Source of the DNA: Chloropicon primus
Taxonomy: Eukaryota
Length of the DNA: 64,000 bases
Assembly (NCBI GenBank): GCA_023205875.1
Contig: CP060755.1
Location: 682,001 to 746,000, forward strand
Direction of reading: 5' to 3'
Shown here: piece after piece, positions 11,162-23,117 of the stretch
How positions within the stretch are numbered: the stretch's first letter is position 1
Layout: every line of letters begins with the position of its first letter
Notes under the pieces: model-generated
Databases searched by the model: none
Told to the model about the DNA's origin: nothing
The model's input: only the letters and a program-made list of their open reading frames with translations
Program-made: the position numbers and the translations under genes

Positions 11162-12493
11162 ATGGGAAGCGTGAAGCAGTGCTTGAGGAGAGTCGGTGTC
11201 CTGGGCCGGAGCACAAGCGGAGGAAGAGTGTTTGACGGAACGTCAGGACTGAGGTCGGTGGAGCTCTGTGCGCGTTCTGGCGTCATGACGAGGTCTTCGA
11301 CGACCTCTTTGGGTACGGCGGCAGGAGAGGGCCAGCAACACGAGGAGGGCACGACTTCGTCTTCCCTTCTTAGCGTGGCGCCCATGATGGAGTGGACGGA
11401 CGTGCACTACAGGACCCTCGCGCGATTGATGACGAGGAGGACGCTGCTTTACACGGAGATGATTGTCGACAAGACGCTCGTCTTCCAGGACAAGGCTGGA
11501 AACTCCTTGGACAGGTACTTGCACTTTCCGGAGCTCCAGCACCCCGTGGTCCTGCAGTTGGGCGGGAACAAGGCCTCGGAGCTCGAGGCCGCGGTGAACC
11601 TCGCGGTGGCGTACGGGTACGACGAGATCAACCTCAACTGCGGGTGCCCGAGCCCCAGGGTGTCCGGCAAAGGTTGCTTCGGCGCGGCGCTGATGAAGGA
11701 GCCGAGCACCGTGAGGGAGATAGTGGAGAGCATGGCGCGAGCTTCCCCGGTCCCGGTGACGGTGAAGTGCCGACTCGGGGTGGATGACAATGACACGTAC
11801 CCCGAGCTCGTGGAGTTCGTGAAGAGGACCTCGGAGGGCCTGCCCATACACCACTACGTCATCCACGCCAGGAAGGCCTTCCTCAAGGGCCTGTCCCCGG
11901 CTCAGAACAGGAACGTGCCTCCGCTCAAGTACGACTGGGTGTACCAGCTGTCGCAGGACTTCCCTCACCTGCAGTTCTCCCTGAACGGCGGGGTGCAGAA
12001 CTTGGAGGAGGCGAGGGAGCTCCTCGACCGGCGGGGGGAGGCCGGGGGGAGGCTGCACGGGGTCATGATCGGAAGGGCCGCTTACCAGAGGCCTTGGCAC
12101 ACCCTTTCCGACGCGGACAGGGCGATCTACGGGGAGAGCGAGAACCCCTGCACCTCGAGGCGCCAGCTCCTGACGGCTTACAGCCAGCTCTGCGACGGCA
12201 AGATCGAGGCGTACAGCAAGGCCTTCGGCTGCAAGCCTGGCCAAGTGATCCGGAAGATGGTCAAGCCCCTGCTGGGCATGTTCTACGCCGAGCCTGGGAC
12301 GAGCAAGTGGAAGAAATCCTTGGAGAGCATGCTTCAGAGCGGGAGCGCTAAGTCGGTGGGGGAGATCGTGTTGAAGGGCATGGTCCACATCCCCGAGGAG
12401 ATCCTGGACGCGTCCCCGCAGGCCAAGTTAGTCCACGAGACGAGGACCGACGACGAGGGGAACAAGAAGAGGGTCTTCAGCATGGTGGAGTAA
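11162..12493 (+). CDS. dusA: tRNA-dihydrouridine(20/20a) synthase, DusA-type, with N-terminal extension
   Basis: LSVAPMMEWTD, LLYTEM, VLQLGG, INLNCGCPS, VTVKCRLG, IHARKA, NRNVPPLKY, NGG, GVMIGRAAY; start could instead be 11027 or 11285. Confidence 0.9.
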   Translation: MGSVKQCLRRVGVLGRSTSGGRVFDGTSGLRSVELCARSGVMTRSSTTSLGTAAGEGQQHEEGTTSSSLLSVAPMMEWTDVHYRTLARLMTRRTLLYTEMIVDKTLVFQDKAGNSLDRYLHFPELQHPVVLQLGGNKASELEAAVNLAVAYGYDEINLNCGCPSPRVSGKGCFGAALMKEPSTVREIVESMARASPVPVTVKCRLGVDDNDTYPELVEFVKRTSEGLPIHHYVIHARKAFLKGLSPAQNRNVPPLKYDWVYQLSQDFPHLQFSLNGGVQNLEEARELLDRRGEAGGRLHGVMIGRAAYQRPWHTLSDADRAIYGESENPCTSRRQLLTAYSQLCDGKIEAYSKAFGCKPGQVIRKMVKPLLGMFYAEPGTSKWKKSLESMLQSGSAKSVGEIVLKGMVHIPEEILDASPQAKLVHETRTDDEGNKKRVFSMVE

Positions 12494-12750
12494 CATAAGG
12501 GGAGGGGGGGCGGAGGGACTCGAGAGAAAAATTTACGTAATTTCATTATAGTTTCTCTACCTTAATAATAAAAAAAAACAAAAATATCATATCTTCTGCT
12601 TCTTTGTTTCTTTTGGCTTGCGGCTTGGGCCTCGTGTGTGTGTGTGTGCTTGAAAATTGGACTGCCCCGACAGCAAGCAAACTAAAAAAAACACCACGGC
12701 TACGCACAAAACTTCTTCTTCCAGCGTGATCCTCGCTCCCCCTCCTCCCC

Positions 12751-13605
12751 TCACAGGGCCCACGTGTTCAGGAGCGACTTGGTGCCTCGCCACGGCGGGC
12801 AGTCCATCGACATCACCTTGTAGTTCCGGTTCAGCTGCTCGGACATGAAGGTGACCAGGAGCCTGAGCCTCGCCTCCGTGCCCACGAAGACGCAGGGGAG
12901 GGCCTGCACCACCTTGGAGTAGTAGTAGCTCGAGCGGGCGACCTCCCACCTCGAGCGAAAGTTCGGGTCGATGATCAGGCCGTCGTCCACGTCCATCCTG
13001 AGGAACTCGTGGTGGGGGCACCTGAAGATGTCCCCCTTGATCTTCCTCCTGGACGAGGCGACCGAGACCGGGTACCCCAGCGGACCCAGCTGGCCCAGGG
13101 CCTTGGCCACGGCGCCCGAGGAAGACGCGGAGTCCGAGGAGGAGGAGGAGGAAGAAGAAGAAGAAGATTCCGTGGATTCCGTGGATTCGGATGTGTCGTC
13201 CCCGGACCTCAGCACCTTGCGGATCCTCCGCACCCTCTTCTCCTCCTTGACGGAAGCGGCGCTGCAGATCGTGCCCAGCGTCGCCAAGTCCTGCTCGAGC
13301 TGGAGCGCGTCATCCACCTCGGAGACCCTGACGTCATCATCGTCGTCGCCGTGTACAAGAAAGAGAGAAGAGAAGGGAAGAGAGTCAGCGTGCTGAGGTG
13401 GGTGGCGTGCGCGCAGGGACATCCCCTCGCGTACTCACAGGCTCGTGGGGGACCAGGTCAGATCATCCAAGTCGATGTCGAACAGCGCCGCGTCCGAGAG
13501 ACCCCCCTCGGATTGCACTCTCGTCAAAACTTTCGAGGCAGAAGAAGAAGTCATCATCCCAGTCCTCCGCCCTTGCTCCAAGTCCTCCACGCTTCGCGGA
13601 GCCAT
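12751..13605 (-). CDS. DUF506 (plant PD-(D/E)xK-like) family protein; exons 13605-13439 and 13327-12751 (~247 aa)
   Basis: HEFL..IIDPNFRSRWEVARSS..Y..VVQALPCVFVGTEARL..MSEQL..MDCPPWR..LLNTW. Confidence 0.85.
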
Positions 13606-14027
13606 AATAATTACGAACAGAGCCCTTCCCGCGCGAGGGCAGAGCGAGACGCCGGGCCGGGGGACAGAGAGCGAGCAAGCAAGCGAGCGTCCTCTCGTCT
13701 CTCTTGTGCGCCACGACCAGCCAGCACGTGCCCAGTCTGACGTAAGATGTGCTGCGGATATTCCGGATCCGGAATCTTAGAAGGGGGAGATTCAACGGGG
13801 GGGAAAACGGCAAAAACCGATAACGCGCAATATCCCCGGAGATACTTGAATGCTGGGGCACGCCGACGAGCAGGAACCCTAGGGAGCGGAGCAGAGCATC
13901 TTTCCTTCCTTGATGCTCTGAAAGGAAACAAAAAAAAGAATCCAAAAGTTACAAGAAGAAGAATATACCAAACCGCCAAACGCTCTCCCGTCGTCGTCGT
14001 CGTCGTCGTCCCCCGTTCCAGTGCGAG

Positions 14028-14060
14028 CTACCCCCTGGCGGCCAAGATGTCTCCCCACCC

Positions 14061-14091
<31 letters not shown>

Positions 14092-15844
14092 TCGACCACC
14101 AGGAGGTCCTCCCAGCCCCGCCCCAGCCCCCCGCTGGACTGGATTGCCATCGCGGCCCCCCGGCGTCCGCGCTCCTCCGCCTCCTCCTCCTCCTCCTCCA
14201 CCACCTTGCTGCAAGCCTCCCCGCGGAGCTTGTTCGTGAGGTAGGGGAACAGGGCGACCTCGCCGTTCGTGGACAGGGTGAAGTCGTTGTGATCGTACTG
14301 CGGAAGCTCCCTGGACCCGAGGAGGACCCCGGGGTGCTCGGACAGGATCCGCAGGAGCCTCCTCACGTCCCTCCTGTTGGCGATGGGGTCCTTGCTCCCC
14401 GAGACCAGGACCGTGGGGACCCTGTAGTTCCCCCTCAGGTCGTACTCGGGCGGGTCGGCCGACCCGTGCCTCGCCAGGTTCCCCGATCGCCCGTAGTCGT
14501 ACTTTCTGAACTTGGAGGACTTCACAGCCTGGGACCAGTGGATGAGGTTCTTCACCGAGGTGCCCTCCGGCAGGTGGGAGAGGTACACGGGAATTCTGGA
14601 CTGGTTCAGGTGCTGCATGTCGGGGAGGCCGAAGAGGTCCCCGGGGAGCCCCCCGTCGAAGAGGGCGTTGTGGGCGTCCCTTCGGTCCTTCTCCGCGTCG
14701 CAGCCGCCGAGGAAAATGCCGCAGATCGAGGGAACGAGGGACCTCACAAAGTCCGCGCCCACGCCGGTGCCGAGGAAAGTGTTCCCGAACGACTTGATCA
14801 GGGGGTTCGCGGACAGGACCCGCAGGACGTCCAAGTGGCCCGCCGCCTGGAACAAGAGGGACTCCGTGTTCCCCACGAAGGCCACCGGGGCCAAGGCGAT
14901 GTGGACGTTCACCCTCCGGGCCAAGTCCGCAAACTCGGGGAGGGAGAACGCCGCGAACCCTTGGGTCGTTCCCTGCGAGTGGGACACGTACGACAGGGTT
15001 TCCGATCCGGTGGCGTCCAGGACGTACCTGATCTCGGCGGGAAGGTCAAAGGCCGCCATTTCGTCCCAAGAGAAATCCCAGAATTCCTCGTCCCACGCGT
15101 CGAACCCCTCGCGCAAGTCCCTATGCTCCATGGAGTACGTCGTCCCCCGATTGTTTCCTGTTGCAGCGTGCGAGCGTTCTCGGAGTCAGCAAAATAAAAA
15201 AATTAAAAATAAAAAACGCATTTCTGGCGCCGATTGTTTCCTCCGTCCCTCTTGCGTCCTCGCGCCGTCGTGTCCCTTACCTAGCCAAACGTCGTACCCC
15301 AAGTCCGCGAGGACGAAGCCGAGGGACTGCCTTGGCATGTTCATCACCCACGTCGCGGACGAGTCGATCAGCCCGTGCTGCAGCAAGACGGGTGGCTTCT
15401 CCTGGCTGCCGGGGCACGGACGCGTCTCCGCGCCTTTGGAAAAAAGATGAAACCCAAAGAAAAGAGTCAGCTCACTGGTCGCTCGCAGGCAAAGGCGAGA
15501 GGCTCTGTGCGACACAAAAGGACACGAAAAAAAAAAAGAGCCGTCCGCAACGCAAACTCCTTGTTCCGCTTACCTTGCGGCGATCCCACGATGCGCACGA
15601 GGCCCAGGACGTACCCGTCCTGGGTGGTGACCTTGTGCTTCTCCACCTCGTATCCCTTACTCGCCGCGAGCTCGAAAGCGTCCCTGTATACGTCCCTGTC
15701 GTCCGTCATCGTGGGGTCCGTCCTCGCGTCGTCGTACCGCTTCGAGATGTCGCCTAAAGTGACCCGGGGGAGTGCCTGCGCCCGAACCTCCCACGACAGG
15801 AGGGCGAGCAAACCGACGACAACGGCCACGCCAAACTTCCCCAT
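14028..15844 (-). CDS. Secreted/lysosomal acid lipase (AB-hydrolase lipase family); exons 15844-15574, 15433-15281, 15157-14028 (~517 aa)
   Basis: Signal peptide; [55 protein letters not shown] nucleophile, [16 protein letters not shown]. Confidence 0.92.
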
Positions 15845-16140
15845 GGGCGTAACGGCCGAGGGGGGGGGGGCCGAGCGAAGCGAATCTCCCGCCAAGAAGA
15901 AGGAGAAGAAGAAAAGCAAGACCAAGAGGAAGAGGAAGAAGAGCCGCTTCCTGGTGAACCCCTAACGCACGCCCCTTCCCTCTCTCTCTCCCTCTCTCTC
16001 GCTCGCTCTCGCTTGATCGATCGATCGATCGATCGCAGAAAAAAAAAAAGTTCGTCCATTCATCTCCAATTATTTTCCTTCTCTCCAGCTCCAAGGTTTT
16101 CGAGTGGAGACGTTAATGATAACGTCTTTGGAAGAACAGA

Positions 16141-16152
16141 TTCCCGCCAAAA
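16141..16152 (-). promoter_or_regulatory. E2F/DP-like site TTTTGGCGGGAA upstream of ORC3
   Basis: ttcccgccaaaa about 240 bp upstream of the ORC3 ATG; the same 12-mer occurs at 52431 and a variant at 3422. Confidence 0.5.
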
Positions 16153-16393
16153 ATGAGGGAAAATCGAGGGGAACAACGACGACTGGACTCGATCAAAGAG
16201 GGCGTACGACAACGACGGCGACGACGCGGCTTGACTTGAGTGTGGAACCGCGTCCGTCTTTCGATCGACACCTCGTTTACCTCACTCAACCTTGTGGTGG
16301 CGGTGTTCTTCCCTTCCAAGCCAAGGGTTTGTTGTTGTTGTTGTTGTTGCTGGGATCAAAAAAACAAAAAAAGAAGAATATAACATTATTAGA

Positions 16394-18643
16394 ATGAGCG
16401 GCGGCTTGTTGGGTGGCGCCGGGGCGGACGGCGAGCTGGAGAAGGCTCCGGCGGCGGTGAGCGTCAAGGTGGTCCGCAGGGCGGCGGGTAAGGCGTCGCC
16501 CCTGAAGAGGGGACGAGGCATCAACGTCAGTTACGGGATGCGGTCGAGGAAGAGGGTGGCGGGGAGGGCCCAGCCGAGCAAGGGAGACATCGAGGTCGGG
16601 GAGAGGAAGACGCTGGGGAGCCACGTCTCGGGAACGTTCGCGGAGGGAGGGGGTGCTTCGTACGGGGTGTACAGGGAGTCCTGGGAAAAGGTGGAGGGCC
16701 AGATCGACTCGCTGCTCCGGTCGCTCGTGGAGCCCGTGTGCGACAGGACCCTCGAGGTCGCGAGGACCGTGGAGGCATCGACCTCGATTCCTCAGCTCAT
16801 TCCGGTCATCTTCCACGACGCTGCGAGCTTGTCCTCGCTGGACTACTCAGAGTACTTCAGGTCGACGGTGTCGCGCTTCCGGGCGGAGGGCTACGGCGTC
16901 GTCGACCTGGCGCCCGGGGACCTCGCGACGTTCCGCAAGTCCGGCGTGTGGTCCGCCCTCCTCGGCCTGGTCTCGGAGCAGAACGAGGACCTCGAGGGCC
17001 TGGACGGCGGCGGCGGAGAGAGGTCAAACTCCGCGGTCGCGAGGCGGCTGCTGGAGGGCCTCCACGAGAGGACGGGGTCCAGGATCATCCTGGCCGCCGA
17101 GAGCCTCGAGGGCCTGGACAAGGCTGCGCTCGGGGAGATCTTCTTCGCGCTCAGCGAGGCGTGGGACTCCGTCCCCGTCACCCTCGTCGTGGGCCAATTC
17201 GTGAAGAAGGAGCACATCTACTCGGTGATACCCAAGAACTTGCTGACAAAGATGTACCCGCTGTCCGTGTCCATCCCGGGGGGGCACAAGATCGTGGAGA
17301 GCCTGCTGCAGGACATCCTGCTCCTGGGGTCCTCGGACGCCGCGCTGGACACGAACTTCTTCCTTGGCCCCGGGCTCCTGCGCAAGGCTTGCGAGATCTC
17401 GGTCGAGTACCAGTGCAACGTGAGCATGCTGAAGCGGTTCTTGAAGTCCGCGTACCTCGGCCACGTGGTGAGGAACCCCCTGTACGCCCCCTGCGCGGCG
17501 GGCCGGGGGTCCATGGCTCCCCCGAAGCTCCTGCCGCAGCTCAGGAGGAGGCTGGGCCTCGGGACTGGCGCCCCGGAGGAAGCCGTGTGGCGGGGGTACG
17601 AGGGGGAGAGGTCGAGGCTCAGCGCGTCCCTGCACTCCTTTGGGGTCAGGGTGAGGATGCTGGACACCGCCGCGGGGGTCCTGTTCAACAACAAGAGCGC
17701 CTACCTCAAGATCCTGAGGGCGGCGGCCTCCTCCGTGGAGCCCAGGAAGGCGGGCGCGAAGAGGAGGATGTGGGAGGACGGCTCGCTGTTCGACGGGCTC
17801 AGGAAAGGGGTCTTGAGGGCCGGCAGGCAGAAGCTCGTCGAGCTCGCGGAGGCCTGGGGGGCTCACTTGGGGGCGGCTCGGGTCCGAGGCCTCGGGGCCT
17901 CGGACCTCCTGGCCGACCTGGCCGAGAGGCTGGAGTACCTGGTCGGCAGGCTCAAGAGTCCCGCGGCGGTGGAGGGCCGGGCGCCGGCGGCTGCCAGGAA
18001 GGAGGTCCCGGCGGCGACCCCGCCGCAGAGGCCGGCCAGGGGGCCGGGGAGGAGGCAGGCCCTGCTCCAGAGTCACGTCAGGCGCCTGTCTGACGGGCCG
18101 GGCGGGGGGAGCGGCCTCCTCCCCGCTCAGACGGCCTGCGCGGAGCTCCTCGTCGCGCTCTGCGAGGTTCCTGGCGACCAGAACCCGGCCTCGTGCAAGG
18201 TCTCCGACATCCTCCTGGTGGGCGAGGCCGAGGGGGCCTCGGAGACGATCGCCCCGAGCATACCGAGGGACGTGATGTCCTCCGTCAGGAACCCGCAGGA
18301 CTTCCTGCGGTACTCTGGGGCGAAGTCGACCTCGGGCCTCCTCAAGGACATGGAGGACGCCTCGATCGTCTTCCACTTCGTGCACGGGTTCTCCGGGACC
18401 CTGCCGATGGAGGAAGTCTTCGAGCAGTTCTGCGGGGCCGTTGCCGGGAGGATCCAAGCCTCCTCCCCGGGGGGCAAGAGGAAGCGAGGGTCCTCCAGGC
18501 CAAAGTCGTCGAAGGGTGCGTCCAGGGCGGACGAGACCCTGAACTTGCGGTTCGAGAGGGCCGTGCAGGAGCTCAGCCTCGCTGGCCTCCTCCGGATCAA
18601 CAAGAGGAAGTTGAACAAGTTCCTCGCTCCCACCTTCGATTGA
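16394..18643 (+). CDS. ORC3: Origin recognition complex subunit 3 (~749 aa), intronless
   Basis: YRESWEKVEGQIDSLL, IILAAESLEGLD..LGEIFFALS..VPVTLVVG, PRDVMSSVRNP, DASIVF, winged-helix C-terminus RFERAVQELSLAGLLR. Confidence 0.8.
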   Translation: MSGGLLGGAGADGELEKAPAAVSVKVVRRAAGKASPLKRGRGINVSYGMRSRKRVAGRAQPSKGDIEVGERKTLGSHVSGTFAEGGGASYGVYRESWEKVEGQIDSLLRSLVEPVCDRTLEVARTVEASTSIPQLIPVIFHDAASLSSLDYSEYFRSTVSRFRAEGYGVVDLAPGDLATFRKSGVWSALLGLVSEQNEDLEGLDGGGGERSNSAVARRLLEGLHERTGSRIILAAESLEGLDKAALGEIFFALSEAWDSVPVTLVVGQFVKKEHIYSVIPKNLLTKMYPLSVSIPGGHKIVESLLQDILLLGSSDAALDTNFFLGPGLLRKACEISVEYQCNVSMLKRFLKSAYLGHVVRNPLYAPCAAGRGSMAPPKLLPQLRRRLGLGTGAPEEAVWRGYEGERSRLSASLHSFGVRVRMLDTAAGVLFNNKSAYLKILRAAASSVEPRKAGAKRRMWEDGSLFDGLRKGVLRAGRQKLVELAEAWGAHLGAARVRGLGASDLLADLAERLEYLVGRLKSPAAVEGRAPAAARKEVPAATPPQRPARGPGRRQALLQSHVRRLSDGPGGGSGLLPAQTACAELLVALCEVPGDQNPASCKVSDILLVGEAEGASETIAPSIPRDVMSSVRNPQDFLRYSGAKSTSGLLKDMEDASIVFHFVHGFSGTLPMEEVFEQFCGAVAGRIQASSPGGKRKRGSSRPKSSKGASRADETLNLRFERAVQELSLAGLLRINKRKLNKFLAPTFD

Positions 18644-19215
18644 TTGAGCCGTGGCCTCGGCAAGAGCCAGATTCCAGTCCTGGAAAGGTCAGGAAACCTG
18701 CTGGGGAGGCAACCCGCGTGCCATGCTTGGGATATAACCGAACAGAAGCAAGCAAGCAACCACGCAATCCAATCCAATCCTCGTTCACAAACGCAGCAGG
18801 ATGCGTGCCCCGTACAACAAGTGCTTGGAGGCGGTGAAGAAGGAATCTTTCCCGCTGGTACGAGCTGCCCTTGCTCGCGAGCTTGCTTGCTAAGGGCGGA
18901 ATGGTCATTTCGAGAAACTCAAAACTGAAACGACCTTTGCACAAAACTAACGGCTGGGGATTCGAGAGATTACATTTATAATGTAACGATAAACACCTGT
19001 TTTACACCTTTTCCATATAAACGTCTTTCACCGAACCATTTGGATTTTGGAACTTCGAGAGTAGATTTCCCTTGTTAGGATGACGGCTGCTCGCTGGCGG
19101 CGGCGCTCCAAACAAAAAAAAAAGGAAAACACGAAAGAAGAGGCAGAGCAGAGCAGCAGAGAGCAGTTGAAAGCCAAGGAAGCCGACCGCGCGCAACCTA
19201 GACCCACGTAACACC

Positions 19216-19958
19216 ATGGTGCAGCCACTTGTGAAAGCGAAGATTGTCAAGGTAAGGCGCGGGCTTGACTGCACCGAACGAGGAAGAGAGGCGAGCGTCG
19301 CGTCGCGTCGCGTCGCGTCACACGCCCCCGGAGGAAACACGCACAACACCAAACGAGCCAAACCCAACCCACCCTTTTGTGTTCCTTCTCCCGTGGGAGC
19401 GGCGCGCGCGCGTTCTCTCTCTCTCTCTCTCTCTCTTGTGCTCGAGGGAAGGGCGCGTGGGGATCGCCTCGTCGTCGTTCTCCTCCTTTGTCCAAAAGAA
19501 CGAATGAATGAATGAAAGAAAGAAAAGAAAAAGCTGACCTTTGATTGTCTTTTGTTGTTGTTGCTTGCTTCTTTCTTCTCCTCTCTTTGCAGAAATTTGG
19601 ACGCAAGTTCAAGAGATACCAGTCCGACAGGAAGATCGCCGTCAAGGAGAGCTGGAGGCACCCAAGGGGTATCGACGGAAGGCAGAGAAGAAAGTTCAGA
19701 GGTATCGGACCACAGCCTAACATCGGATATGGATCCAACAAGAAGACCAGGCACACTCTTCCAAACGGCTTCTTGAAGTTCGTCGTGAGCAACTTGAAGG
19801 ACCTCGAGCTCTTGCTCATGCACAATAGAAAGTACTGCGCGGAGATCGCCCACAACGTCTCCACCCAGAAGAGAAAGGCCATCGTCGAGCGTGCCGCCCA
19901 GCTTAACATTGCTCTCACCAACGGAGCTGCTAGACTGAGATCCAACGAAGAAGAGTAG
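19216..19958 (+). CDS. RPL32: 60S ribosomal protein L32; exons 19216-19251 and 19593-19958 (133 aa)
   Basis: [50 protein letters not shown]. Confidence 0.97.
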
Positions 19959-20001
19959 GTGATATACAGGTCCAATTCTTGAACCAATTAATATGAAGAA
20001 C

Positions 20002-20006
20002 TGTAA
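20002..20006 (+). terminator. TGTAA polyadenylation signal (RPL32 example; also 9321, 13949-, 18982, 42898, 55591, 58816)
   Basis: TGTAA recurs on the sense strand after stop codons; established chlorophyte poly(A) element. Confidence 0.6.
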
Positions 20007-20250
20007 ATCTACTTTAACCGCTAGTTAAAACGAACCAGACCAGCCCCACCTCCTCCCTCGGTAGAGGGAGACACAACAACGCAACGGCGACCACCACCAA
20101 AGCAACAACAACAACCCTCCGCTCCACCTCCTTTAAGAACTTCCTCCTCCTTCTGAGCAGCAGCAGCAGAAGCAGTGAAGCGAGCAAGCGCGTGGTGATA
20201 TCTTGTGCAGAGACTGACTTGCGTGATGATTGAGACCTCCGTTTTTTTTA

Positions 20251-23117
20251 TTACATAGAAACGCGCATGGAGATCCGTTCCAGGGCCCACTGCGCTGTAT
20301 CTTTCAAAGAATTATTTTGACTACACTCCCCGAGAAACTTCTGGTAGAAAGGCTTCTCGTGGAACAGGGGTCCAACGTTCTCAAGGGTGTCGGCCAAGTC
20401 ACCGAGGACCCACACTGCATTTTTCGTAACGCTGGCATCCCTGTTCGGGTCCTGGTAGATGCTCTCTATAAATCCCACGATGTCCCGTGCGTGGTTGCTG
20501 AAGGACTGCAGCTGCTGCTTGTTGCTCTTGAAGCCCTGGAACAGCCCCGAGTAAGCCTCGAGGATTCCATTCCTGAGGGAGTTGTTGTAATCGATCATAT
20601 CGTCGTCGTCCCCCGCGACCTGCTGCGTCTGGATCGACAAGGACGAGGCCGAGTCCAGCATCGTCAGGGCGTAGGGCAAGTACTTTTCGAACTGGCCCTC
20701 GATCGCCAGGGCTATGTCACCAAAGCAAGCAAGGATCGACGGCTTTACGGACCTGTGCAAGTTCTGGGCCTGGAGGTCGTTCAGAAGGAAAAACATGATC
20801 TTGTCGCAATACTTTGCGATGTAAGGCCCAAGAGCCCTGCACAGGTCCCCCACAACCTCGACCGTCGCCGTGCAGACTTGGTACTCGGTGAAGTTCTGCA
20901 GCCCGGTCTCGATGTACGGAAAGAAAGCGTCCATGTACTTGAGAAAGTCCGTCCCCATGGCGTTCACCAGGGCGCCCACCGCGAGGAGGGCCTCCTCGAG
21001 GACAGTGGCGCTCCTGCAGGCAAAGACCTGGAGGAAGAGAGTCATCAGCTGGTCAGAGAAGGCCATCAAGCTGTGCTTCGTCGCGTTGTTGTCGATCGAA
21101 GACAGCTTCTGGATCACCACTTGCAGCACACTGCAGAGGTGCCCCTGAACCTCGTTCTGCTTCTCGCGGTCCTCCGCGCTCTGAACCGGCATGGAAAGCG
21201 TCTCCTGCAGCTTTGTGATGATCAAGGGTATGAGCTGAAGCAGCAGGGTCGCGGTGTCCTTCTTGGAGCAGCTCAGGACTTCGTTAAGCGCCTCGTAAGC
21301 GTGGTACCTAAGCTTCGTGCTCTGGTTGACCATCGACTTGTTGGCGACCTCCAGCAAAGCCGTCACGATGGGCTGGAAAAACGGAGACAGTGGTGACGTG
21401 TCCCCCTCGTAGTCTTCGTAGCCATTCGCCAGGTTGTGCAGGACGTAGCAAACTTTCTCTGCGATCACTGGCTCCCCCTCTATGCTCTGAAGCATCACCG
21501 CGACGAGCTGGGGCAGGTTCGTCGTGTTGATCACGGCGAAATTAAGGTGAATGCCATGCAGCTCCGCGCATATCCTCCCGATGGTCCACGCGGTGGTATC
21601 CCTCACGCACATGTTCTCGTCGTTCATGGCGTTCAGCAAGAACTGGAAGGCCATGTCCACCAAGGGCTTGAGCAGCTCCCCCGAGGGGCCCTCAAGGATG
21701 GCGCCGAAGGCCATAGTCGCAGACTCCCTAAACCTCCAGTCCGCCTTTCCTATGTTCTCCTGGACGTAAGGCCACACAAGAGCGACCACGTCATCCTGTA
21801 TGGTGTTCGCTATGAGGCCGAGGCAAGTGCCTCCGGCACTTGCTATGTCCCAAGTGCCGTCGTCCTGCAGCTCCTCCTCTTGCTTCGTCAGAGTTCCCAG
21901 TAGAACCGGTATCAGGTGCGGCGCGGCGTTCTTAATGAAGTTGTGGCAGCTGTGGGCCTCCGTGTCGTCGTCCAGGAGGCACATCTCCTCCTCGGCGATG
22001 GTGCACCACACCTCCATGGCCTGGAGAGCGACCGACTCGTCGTCGCTCTGGATGGCCTTGCAGCTCACTTGGTAAAGGTCGTTCATGTAGGGAAGCAGCT
22101 TATGGTAGTAGGCCATGGTGATTGCGACGAGGCACTCGAAGGACGCTCTCCTCGTCCTGACGTCCGGGCTCTGCGTTCCCTCGAAAATCATTTGCATAAT
22201 GTACTTTTGTTCTCCTTCGTTCTCGAAATTCACGGATGCAAAGTCCACGGCGTTCAGCAGGGCGCAGGTCGCCGCGTACCTGACGTCCGGGGACGGCTCC
22301 TCCTTTCTCATGCCCTGAACAATAGCGGTGAGGATGTTGTTCACCTGGGCCTGCTCCAGTCCCGAGTCCTTCAGGGTCGCCAGCTCCTCGCAGATGAACC
22401 CGAGGGTCTCCAAGGTGCACAGCCTCAGGGAGTTTATGTGCGGGTGTTGCGCCAAACCCATATGTTGCAACAAGGTGTTGATCAAGTCCGGCCACATGTG
22501 CTTGGGGATCTCTATGCCTCCTATCTTGGCCACGACCTGGGCGCACACCTTTCCCACCTCCGTCACTTGGGAGCCCAGGGAGTTCACGAGCCTGCCCTTG
22601 ATGTTGCTCTTTAAATCTACAGCGAGCTCGACCCATTTTTGTACCAAGGCGTTCTACAGGAGCAAGGCGTGTTTTTTTTTGGCAAGCAAGGAAGAAGATC
22701 AGAACCGGGAAAGAGAACGTCGGGTCAGTCTCTCGAGGTCAGGCGCTTGCTGGGGCAAGCCAAGCTCGGGATCGGCGAGGCAACGCGCCAGAGCAACACG
22801 ATGAGGGGGGCGGGAGGAGGAGGCCCGAGGGACCCCCCCCTCCCCTCCCGCCGACTCCGTCGTTGCCGGCCACTCACCTTCCTCGCCTCGTCCTTCGCAT
22901 CGAGCTCGTTCTTCAGGATCAGTCCAGCGAGCCTCCTCGTGTCTATGGGCTTGGACTCGTCGCACAACTCCTCCGTCAGGCTCGCGACAAACTGTGCGTG
23001 GTTGTTCTCCCTCAGCTGCTGCAGGTGCTGCTCCGCCTGTCCTCTCAGCGCCGCATCGGGGCTCTGCGCGCTCTGGAGAACAGAAGTGAGTCCCACTGCC
23101 CCCTCCGCGGTCGTCAT
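20251..23117 (-). CDS. KPNB1: Importin subunit beta-1; exons 23117-22878 and 22653-20251 (~880 aa)
   Basis: IBN_N (RGQAEQHL..RRLAGLILKNELDAKD), HEAT repeats, VALQAMEVWCTIAEEE, DWRFRESATMAFGAILEGP, VRDTTAWTIGRI, VKPSILACFGDIALAI. Confidence 0.96.

Noticed and set aside
16015..16035. (GATC)n palindromic tract
   Set aside because: Simple tetranucleotide microsatellite with no further structure.
19252..19592. Long RPL32 intron as possible snoRNA host
   Set aside because: No convincing C box/D box pair or H/ACA layout; content is simple repeats, and the CTGA is the branch point.
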